From: Zygophlyctis sp. KS116
Taxonomy: Eukaryota; Fungi; Chytridiomycota
Reading direction: 5' to 3'
Assembly (NCBI GenBank): GCA_054661495.1
Contig: BAAFSQ010000232.1
Span: 1 to 15,629, forward strand
DNA: 15,629 bases
The notes beneath the pieces were generated by a model, which had not been told where the DNA came from, searched no databases, and was given only the letters and a program-made list of their open reading frames with translations. The stretch's first letter is position 1, and each line of letters starts with the position of its first letter. Below, one piece after another: positions 1-8,380 of this stretch. The translations under genes were made by a program, and so were the position numbers.

Positions 1-1287
1 GTGATCAATGCATATTGGCTGAACTTGAATCTATTGATAATGGGAAAGCGATCACTGTATCTAGTACTGAGGATGTTCCTTCTGCAATAGATTGTATACG
101 GTATTATGCTGGATGGGCGGATAAGATTCATGGAAAGGTTATCGATGTTAATTCGCGGCTTCAAACTTTTACTCGGCTAGAGCCATTTGGTGTAGTTGGG
201 CAAATTATTCCTTGGAATTATCCACTTTTGATGCTGGCATGGAAATGGGGCCCTGCTCTTGCTGCCGGCAATTGCATTGTAATGAAGACTTCTGAAAAGA
301 CTCCTCTTACTGCACTTAAAGTATGTGAATTGGTTATTGAAGCTGGATTTCCTCCAGGAGTGATCAATGTATTGTCCGGATATGGTCATACTGCTGGTAA
401 TGCAATTGCAATGCATATGGGAATTACTAAAGTAGCATTTACTGGATCTACTATGGTCGGACGAAAGATTTTGGAAGCATCTGCACGATCTAATTTGAAA
501 AAGGTTAGTTTGGAGCTTGGGGGCAAAAGTCCAAATATTATTTTTGCTGATGCAGATTTGGATGATGCTGCTAAATGGGCTAGCATGGGAATATTTGAAA
601 ATCATGGACAAGTGAGCCAAGTTTTAATTAATATTGTTAGGTCTGTTGTGCTGGCTCAAGAATCTTCGTACAAGAGGACATATTTGATGATTTCGTCCAA
701 AAGTTTAGAGAAAAAACATCAAATATAAAGATTGGCGATCCAATGTCACGAGAAACAGAATTTGGACCTCTTGTAGATAAAATTCAGTTTGATAGAGTAC
801 TTGGGTTTATTGAAGAAGGAAAAAAGGAAGGAGCAAAATGTGAACTAGGAGGTGGCCCCATAGGAACAGAAGGATATTTTGTAGCACCAACATTTTTTAC
901 CAATGTTTCAGATGATATGAAGATTGCTAAGGAGGAAATTTTTGGACCAGTTGCATGTATATTGAAATTCAAAACTGTTGATGAAGTTATTTCTCGTGCC
1001 AATGCTACAGAATTTGGATTAGCAGCAGCAGTTCATACATCCAACATAAAGCTTGCTTCAAAAGTTTCTCAAGAATTAGAGGCTGGAACTGTTTGGATAA
1101 ATTGTTACAATACATGCTACCATCAAGTTCCATTTGGAGGATACAAGGTATTTTTTGAAAAACAATTAATACTAGGCCAGTGGCATCGGAAGAGAATTAG
1201 GAGAAGCAGGACTCTATGTAAGATAAAAACTATTCTAAAAAACAGGAATATTTGCAAACGAAATCAATCGTATCCAAGCTTGACTAA
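1..1287 (+). CDS. ALDH: Aldehyde dehydrogenase, ALDH1/2-like; 5' end outside window. Exons <1-611, 641-1147, 1176-1217, 1246-1287
   Basis: Motifs [20 protein letters not shown] (catalytic Glu), EEIFGPV and PFGGYK. Removing GT-AG introns 612-640 (29 nt), 1148-1175 (28) and 1218-1245 (28) restores NHGQ|VCCAGSR (catalytic Cys) and GGYK|[14 protein letters not shown]|EYLQTKS, ending at TAA 1285-1287. Confidence 0.96.
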
Positions 1288-1291
1288 CGGC

Positions 1292-2060
1292 TTAAATCAC
1301 TTCTTCATAGTAAGTTGAGAATAACTCTTCATTTTTGATTGTCTTGTTTGAAATAATGAGAATTATTCTGGTGTATTCATCTAGGTTCCAGTCTCGAGAG
1401 TAATGCACATTTGGTATCCACTTTCTCAAATGAATTGGGAAATCATTTGGAAGATCCAATTCTTGATAATGAACTATCATAAGTACATGGCTACTTACCA
1501 TTGGCTATAATCTGTGAGTTCCCGTTATTAATGATCTGTCCGACAGCAAGTGGATTACGTTTACAATTCTTTGCAGACTTTATCCAAGATCTATCTGCAA
1601 TTATTTCATTTGAGCAAGAGCAATGAAATCGATGCATAGATTTGTAAACGGATTCCGAGAGCCCAAAATGTTTCCCGTCAACAAAGGAACCATCAAAACA
1701 TCTCAGAATGTATGAATTCCGTATAGATGAAAGAAATAACGGATCTCCTGTTTGATAAATAGTACCCGGATAAAGTGCCACAATTGATCCTTTATCAATT
1801 TCACCCCGTAAATGCACACCAAATCCTGCATCCTTAATCCCAGATCTTAATATTGATAGTTGATATGGAAGCCATTTATGGGCCATCAAAGGAAATTCTA
1901 ATGATTTTTCATGGACTGACGAAAGCAGATCTATCAGCCTATTAACCAGTTTCAAAGATTTAAGATTATTGACTGATGATCTGTAACGATCTGGAATTGG
2001 ACTAGTAGTATTTCTCTTTTTGAACTGAAACAATACAAACCGCTCAAAATATGATTTCAT
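1292..2060 (-). CDS. SETD9: SET domain-containing protein 9-like (~247 aa). Exons 2060-1499, 1473-1292
   Basis: GFGVHL..G.IVALYPGTIY, YILRCFDG..VDG, NPLAVGQIINN, then after a 25-nt intron (1474-1498, GTAAGT..TAG) ANVHYQELDLP..FP..L..WIPN...EELFSTYY. These match recalled SETD9/C5orf35 family motifs. Confidence 0.88.
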
Positions 2061-2190
2061 TGCATCTCATCATAACCCTCAAGATCTGATATGCCTCACA
2101 TCTAGTGTAGAAATCATTCTTAGACTAATCGCAATTATAGCTGATTAGATCAGTCGAACACACGCTCCTCCAACGTCATTTCTGTTTACA

Positions 2191-3000
2191 ATGGCTCAAA
2201 ATGATGAATTTACAGACACTGAAGCATTAGACTCTATTGTTTCTTTCCCAACATTATCAGCAGAAGGTGATCTTCTCCTTCAAAAAGGGTGCATCCATGA
2301 AGCCATTGAAATATATACAAAAGCATTAAGAATTCGACCGTCTGATAAACACTGTCTTGTTTCTAGATCCAGATGCTATATTCAAATAGGAAGTCCAGAA
2401 TTGGCTTTAGCTGATGCAAACGAATCAATTAAAAATGATCCTCTCTTCTTTAAAGGTATTTATCAGAAAGCATCTGCCTTGTATGCTCAAGGAGATTTTG
2501 AATCTGCACTTTTATTCTATCATCGAGGACATGCAATGAAACCTGAAATGAGTGATTTTAGAATCGGAATACAAAAATCAAGAGAAGCTATTGAGAATAC
2601 AATTGGAAATCCCAAATCTTTACATATTAAAATTCCTCAAAAACTCTACAAGTTTTTAAATCAGACATCAAACGGACATGAATCTGCATCTAAGAACAAT
2701 AAGAGATCATTATTTGGACTAGATGCAATTCGTCCATATGAATATACAGGATCATTAAAACAAAACATTCAAAACAAGTTTCTGGGAGAGTTGTATGAAG
2801 ACAAGTTATATTTGGAAGAATTATTAGCCGATAAAGATTTTAAAGATTTTCCAGATGATGAAATATCAACGGTTGTACAAGATGGACTACGATTTATCAG
2901 TACTAGAGTTGAATTTTGGCGTCAACAAAATCCATTATTTGCAAGACCCAAAGGACCAAAGATCCAACCTAGAATACACGCAAAAGAAACCATTCAATAG
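2191..3000 (+). CDS. ODAD4: TPR protein, TTC25 / outer dynein arm docking complex subunit 4 homolog (N-terminal portion only, 269 aa, intronless)
   Basis: Three TPRs with TTC25-typical segments DKHCLVSRSRC, FFKGIYQKA.ALY..GDFE.ALLFYHRG, FRIGIQKSREAI.N.IG, LGELYEDK.YLE.LL and FWRQQNP.FAR. Confidence 0.88.
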   Translation: MAQNDEFTDTEALDSIVSFPTLSAEGDLLLQKGCIHEAIEIYTKALRIRPSDKHCLVSRSRCYIQIGSPELALADANESIKNDPLFFKGIYQKASALYAQGDFESALLFYHRGHAMKPEMSDFRIGIQKSREAIENTIGNPKSLHIKIPQKLYKFLNQTSNGHESASKNNKRSLFGLDAIRPYEYTGSLKQNIQNKFLGELYEDKLYLEELLADKDFKDFPDDEISTVVQDGLRFISTRVEFWRQQNPLFARPKGPKIQPRIHAKETIQ

Positions 3001-3009
3001 TCTGATAAT

Positions 3010-3507
3010 TTATTCATTGAGTAGATTTGATACTCTTTGATTCAATTTAAAATTAACTAAATTCATGACTGATAAACCTTCAAGTTTTTGATAATCTTTA
3101 GCATTTGATTCCTCTAGCTTTTCAAAAGCTGATTGTAAATAGTATAAACAAGTTGATAGCCTATTTTTAAGTACAGATGATAGTAATGGTGCTTGATAGA
3201 TTGTTCCTTGAATAATATAATAAATTCCGGTTAATTTGACAGAATTTAAAGACTTGTTCAACTTTTTAATGACAAATAATGAAGGCGTTTCAGTATAATA
3301 CCATAATTCATAACTCGATCCCAATAATCCTTCTGCCGATACATTTAAAGTATTAAATCTTTGTTGCATTTTGACTTGTTCATTAATACAACTTGAATCA
3401 TAAAACTGAGATTTACTAAAATAATCCAAAACATTCCAAGGCGAAAGTCCAAACGATTCTAAAAAAATTGTATCTTTAAAACTCTGATCGGTGAGATTTT
3501 CTTCCAT
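3010..3507 (-). CDS. MED6: Mediator of RNA polymerase II transcription subunit 6 (165 aa)
   Basis: NVLDYFS.S.FYD.SC.NEQVKMQ, PSLFVIKK and YYIIQGTIYQAP.L.SVL.NRL. First ATG is at 3507; the track's extension to 3639 starts at a non-ATG codon. Confidence 0.93.
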   Translation of the reverse strand: MEENLTDQSFKDTIFLESFGLSPWNVLDYFSKSQFYDSSCINEQVKMQQRFNTLNVSAEGLLGSSYELWYYTETPSLFVIKKLNKSLNSVKLTGIYYIIQGTIYQAPLLSSVLKNRLSTCLYYLQSAFEKLEESNAKDYQKLEGLSVMNLVNFKLNQRVSNLLNE

Positions 3508-3626
3508 TCCAACAATACTCAAGCCTAAAACTGTTATTTTATAGTTTTCTACTGATAATAATTTTTCTGGTTTTTGGTTTGAACAAAACACGCAATTTTT
3601 AAAAGTTTTTGGTTTCTCCAAATAAA

Positions 3627-5332
3627 ATGTTTTTTGCAATTCTTGGATCTGTAAAGGGAATTCTAGAGTTTAGAGACGATGATATATTATTTGATTCTAA
3701 AATTTTAGGATCTATTTCTAATTTAAGTAAAATTGAAATTGTAGATTTGGAAATGAATTTATCTTTTGGATCATTGGTAAAGACGTTAGAGTTGGATCAA
3801 TGTAAAGATGATATTGTTGAAAAGCTCAAATCATCGTCTTTTATTTCGATTTCAAAGGGAAAGTCAATCATATTTTTACCGAGAGAAAACAAGATATTTC
3901 CGAGTGATCTTGGCGTTTCAAAAGACCCAGTGATGGATGTAGAGGAATTGGGATGGAATGTTTTGGAAAAATTCAGTCATGTAACTAGATTTGCTAAAGA
4001 TCTTATCAAAAAAGAAAAGAATGAAAATATAATTCTACAAAAAGAATATGGTTATCAAATAATATCAAGGTTCTCGATAGATTCACAAAAATTTAAACAG
4101 GATTTAAATCAATTCATTTTTTTAAACAAGTCAGATTCAAAAATATCAGAGGCAGAAATTAAATTTCTAATGGATGAAAATGGTGGTTTTAGAATTAGTG
4201 AAGGAGATTGGAAGGAAATGGTGTTTAAAAGAGGTTTAGAAGGGAATGTGCGGCCTTTAGGTTGGATGATTTTACTTAAAGTTTTTAATAAGTGGAGTGC
4301 AAGTTTGGAAGAGCGAGACTTGATTTTAGACAAGAAGAAGAAGAGTTATAGTGATTTAAAACAGCATTGGCAAGAATTACTAAATTCAGACTTGGAAAAT
4401 TTGGATTCTTTAGATTCTATAAGTGCTGCTAAAATGAATGATATGAAACACGGGATAATTAAAGATATTCTAAGAACTGATAGGGATCATGAGTTTTATC
4501 GAATGGAATCTGCAATATCTCCATCAAGTATTGTACCGGATACAAGTAGTTTTGATGAATTAAGCAGAGGATTACAATTATTATATTTTATTTTGATGAC
4601 TTACTCAATGTATAATTTGGATTTAGGTATTACTTTAAATCTAAATATAGGTTATGTTCAAGGAATGAATGATTTGTTATCTCCCATAGTTTTGACTGTA
4701 GATTCAGAAGAATTTGGCTTTTGGTGTTTTGTTGGATTTATGGATAAGATGGTATACTCTCAATTCTAAACATTAGCAGAAAAACTTTTCAAAGGATCAG
4801 TTAGGAATAAAAGAACAGCTTCATCATTTAAGTCTATTGATAAAGTTTATGGATCCACTTCTTTATAGTCATTTAGGTTGGCATTTATTCTTTAAAATGT
4901 TTAGAATTCAATGAATGCCACAATATGTTTATATGTTACCGCTGGATCTTGGTTTGCTTTAAAAGGGAATTCTGTCTGAATGATGTAATAACGCTTTGGG
5001 AGCGCATTTGGGCATCAAATATAACTCATTTTGGAATATTTGTTGCATTTGCAATGTTAAACGTAAATCGATCGGAAATACTCATGACAAACGGATTTGA
5101 TGATTTACTTAGATTTGTAAATGATAGCTCCTTAGGCTATGATGTCAATGATATTATTTGGCGATCAAAATTTATGCATGACAAATTTAAACATCTTTTA
5201 ATGCAGATTCTACCTAGTAGACTACAAATTGATGTTTCGGAAATTTACGAGGAAAATTTGGGTGCAAGCGATATAATTGAGACAGAATGCAGCGATGATG
5301 ATTTGAAAATATTAATAGAATTGTTATGTTGA
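3627..5332 (+). CDS. GYP7: TBC-domain Rab GTPase-activating protein, Gyp7/TBC1D15-like (~542 aa). Exons 3627-4626, 4651-4751, 4777-4876, 4905-5332
   Basis: Arg finger IIKDILRTDR, Gln finger LG|YVQGMNDLLSPI, FWCFVGFMDKM|QKNF..DQ.G, CYRWILVCFKREF and LWE.IW, plus the Gyp7-like W.VLEKFS.VT segment. Introns 4627-4650 (24 nt), 4752-4776 (25) and 4877-4904 (28) join the frames correctly. Confidence 0.9.
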
Positions 5333-5416
5333 TTTGTATAGGCTCATAAGGATAAAATGGATCGATCGAAAATTATTATTTTGCACAGTGCTACCAACAC
5401 ATTATCAGAACAGATC

Positions 5417-5457
5417 AAGTTCGCGACACGTTAAGTTCGCGTCATAACGCGACGCGT
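5417..5457. promoter_or_regulatory. Cluster of four CGCG motifs (MCB/SCB/E2F-like) just upstream of ATG 5478
   Basis: AAGTTCGCG twice (5417-5425, 5433-5441), CGCG at 5448-5451 and ACGCGT at 5452-5457, in an otherwise CpG-poor AT-rich background. Confidence 0.5.
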
Positions 5458-5477
5458 ATTAACATTCTTGAAAGAAA

Positions 5478-6420
5478 ATGGGGGCTCCATCTTCATCTTG
5501 TAGCTCTATCACTCCAAGTGACTGTCAATGTGATTTCGATGCAGGATCCTATACATTGACCGAGAATTACACCTATTGCCAAGATGAATTCAATCAATAC
5601 AACTGCTGTAATCAAATGGGGAATAATTATGCCGATTATAATCAAACATATAAGGCATTTAATTGTTTTACTCCCAATGCTACGATAATTGCTCAAAATT
5701 CGACTCTTTGTGATGATCCTAATTCATGGGTACAACCTCTGACCTGCCCTCCTGTGTTCGGTCTTTACAGAACATTGGGATTCTTAGAATCGGAATGGAT
5801 AGGAGATCCATTAAGCTGCTGTGGACAAAATGGCATCACGTGTGATTTTAAGAATCATGTTACTGGAATGTAAAAAGGAAATTGATTAATTGTAGTGATT
5901 GGTCTTCTAAGAACAAAGCTGGAAAACGTCTTTTAGCTGATGTTTTTGTGGAAATGAATGGATTAAAGTCATTGTATGAACAATTTATAACTCATAAACA
6001 TAGAAGTTTAAGTGGAAATATGCTGTATGGCTCTATACCTGCATCAATAACTAATTTGGTATCGTTGGAATATTTGTATGCTTTTAAGTGATTTCTAATT
6101 AAAGGAATTTGTCTCATAATGCTTTTACTGGTCCGATTGCAGAAATTCAATTTACGAAACTATCAAACATGCAAGTGCTGTAATCTAGAGTTTTTAAAGA
6201 TTTAAGTGATATTTCCTATAATAAGCTTGGAGATTCAGTTCCCAATACTTTGGCAAATTTAACCAATCTAAAAGATTTGTAAGTTAACAATCCTAATAAT
6301 CAGATCTATCGGTAACAATAGATTCTCTGGCAGTATTCCAAATAATCTTCTCTCAAGAAATGTTACTGTAAAATATACCCAGTATAACAGCTCCAAACCT
6401 ACGGAAGCTGCTATTGTTAA
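5478..6420 (+). CDS. Cys-rich N-terminus plus plant-type leucine-rich repeats. Either a stand-alone ~260-aa protein ending at 6420 or the 5' half of a longer LRR-CA fusion
   Basis: LRR cap SCC.QNGITCD...HVTGI, then repeats LSLSGNMLYGSIPASITNLVSLEY, LNLSHNAFTGPI, LDISYNKLGDSVPNTLANLTNLKD and LSIGNNRFSGSIP, after removing phase-2 introns 5870-5895, 5974-6003, 6076-6104, 6180-6206 and 6279-6303. The 3' end depends on whether 6368-6390 is spliced. Confidence 0.75.
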
Positions 6421-6448
6421 TATTCGTCGGAGAAAATTCCAGAAATTC

Positions 6449-8313
6449 ATGCTTAAATCTCGTAAGTTTAAAGATTTATTGATTATAAAGGTGATGTTTT
6501 TGACCAAGCCGCTATTGCAAGTGTAGGCGAAATTCAGTTTATGTGCCCCAAGCCATATAGTAGAGCTTTGACAAACCTATGTATGCATTTATCTTTTGAT
6601 TTTCAGATCGCTCATATTTGGAAATAAATCAGAATGCTTCATCAGCTATTGAAAACATGAATACTTTCGTAAGCTCTAAAGCAACTGCTACGCAGGGTAA
6701 TCTTTAAAGTCTAACATATAGTGAAAAAGACTTTAATTGCTGCATTCAAGGTGGGAATTTTCGCATCTAGTATTTTTTGTAAAGGTAAAAGGATTTTGGG
6801 ATATAATGGTATTGAATTATTAAATTATACCGTAGGTTTATATGGCCCGCAAAGATGGAATATCGAATACCCTTCGTGTGCATACCCGAATCAGTCTCCT
6901 GTTAACTTTGAAACTGAAGGCAGTGAGCTTTATGAAAATTTCACTAATTCTACTTTGGCTTTATATTCATCCGTAATTGCAGTAAACTCAGTTCTGGCTC
7001 ATGAAAATACATCAATTGCTACTCAAAAAAAAGTTTCAATTTATATTCAAGACCCATTAGCGAGACTCCAAATTGGAGAAAATATCTACAGTCTATTTTT
7101 GACTGAAATACATACATCTTCGGAGCATAGAATAGATGGGAAAGATTTTGTGGCAGAAGCACAATTCTATTTTAGAAAAGAATCGCCTGAAAGTATCAAA
7201 GCCAAACTTAGTAATTCACCCATCTACTACCCTGATGCTCCATATTATGGTAATCAACCCATATACTACCCTGATGCTTCATATTATGGGAACAACTCCT
7301 CATATTACGGCGACCAAGGTGCTAATTACTCTGGGAATTACTCCTCATATTACGGCGACCAAGGTGCTAATTACTCTGGGAATTACTCCTCATATTATGG
7401 CGACCAAGGTGCTAACTACTCTGGAAATTACTCCTCATATTATAGTAATTTCTCTTATACAGAAGCTAATAGCTCCTTCAGCATGCCTTTCAACTATTCT
7501 TCTTACTACAAGATGATGTTCGAATATTCTGCAGAATACGCCCAGAATATGTCTATCTCCTTGCGAGATACTGCTCAGTCCTTTTCTAATTTCACTAAAT
7601 ATGCTATGGATTCGTCTGAGTTTTATTATGCCAATTATTCTTATAATTATTATACTAATTTGGCGAATTCTTTTTCGTACACGTCTTCTTACTACCGTAA
7701 TCTATCGGGTTTAGCCCCAACTGATCTGATTCAGGCTATGTCAAACTCTTCAGGCGCAGGAATTTATTCAGTACAGGATCAAATGCAATCAGGTCCAATC
7801 TTGCCCTCTGCTCCTCCCACTCCCACAGGTGTGGATAATGGTCCTGGTAACTCGAGTCCTACTTTATACCCATCTGGCCCTGGTCAAGAATGCTTTTCTG
7901 AGTATGGAAAATATTATGACGCGTGCAAGGTTCGTTTTAATGGTGCATTTATGAAGGACACAGAGCAACCTGACGAGATTGTTGCTATCGGAGCTCTTGT
8001 TGGAATTGAGGATGAATCTTCAGATTTTATTTCTCAAGTGGCCAATGCATACTCCTCCCCATATTCTTTGTTTAAGCTAGATTATTCTTCAGTGTTTTCA
8101 AAGATTCAGAACTCAAGTAGCTTTTATTCGTACAAAGGATCTTATACCTCGCCGCCATGTTATAAAAATGTTAATTGGCTGGTTTCTACCTCAGAATTAT
8201 TGACAATCTCTGTGGAAGATTTGAAAAAAATTCAGCAAGTGCAAGGATACAACTCTCGGGAGACTCAACCATTTGGCCCTGGCCGAGAATCTGATATTTT
8301 CAATAAAAAATAG
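6449..8313 (+). CDS. Alpha-carbonic-anhydrase-like protein, probably catalytically inactive, with a large low-complexity insert. 5' end uncertain (ATG 6449 or fused to the LRR exons from 5478)
   Basis: GYNG|LYGPQRW...YPSC...QSPVNF (after removing 27-nt intron 6809-6835), HTSSEHRIDGKDFVAE, EIVAIGAL, FYSYKGSYTSPPC...V.WLV and NSRETQP. Upstream exons 6491-6580, 6607-6696 and 6722-6808 chain in phase through introns 6462-6490, 6581-6606 and 6697-6721. Confidence 0.8.
7219..7443 (+). repeat. Coding tandem repeats: 2 x 39 nt (PIYYPDA[P/S]YYGN[Q/N]) followed by ~3.3 x 45 nt (SSYYGDQGANYSGNY)
   Basis: Directly visible. 39-nt units start at 7219 and 7258; near-identical 45-nt units start at 7297, 7342, 7387 and partially 7432. 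Confidence 0.95.
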
Positions 8314-8380
8314 GAATTTGAATTTAATTCGTTGAGGAATATCAATTTGTAGCCTTCCAATTTTTAAACTTAAAATCTTT

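Noticed and set aside
177-1002. Antisense ORFs 177-620, 386-586 and 784-1002
   Set aside because: Shadows of the conserved ALDH CDS with no motifs.
3508-3639. Apparent head-to-head overlap of the MED6 and GYP7 ORFs
   Set aside because: Artefact of non-ATG starts in the track. The ATGs at 3507 and 3627 do not overlap.
5357-5434. Short ORF MDRSKIIILHS... as a signal-peptide exon for the LRR gene
   Set aside because: Not hydrophobic enough, and I found no in-phase short intron joining it to 5478.
6669-6696. Extra 27-nt intron (GTAAGC...GCAG) leaving a 1-nt microexon at 6696
   Set aside because: Not needed to keep frame and more GC-rich than the other introns. It cannot be excluded without RNA data.
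6721-6784. GTG start with a signal peptide for the CA gene, or a 34-nt intron at 6751-6784
   Set aside because: The G at 6721 is the end of an intron acceptor. Splicing 6751-6784 would shift out of the CA frame.
7219-7443. Direct repeats as a CRISPR array
   Set aside because: No unique spacers, unit lengths are multiples of 3, the repeats are inside a CDS, the context is eukaryotic and there are no cas genes.
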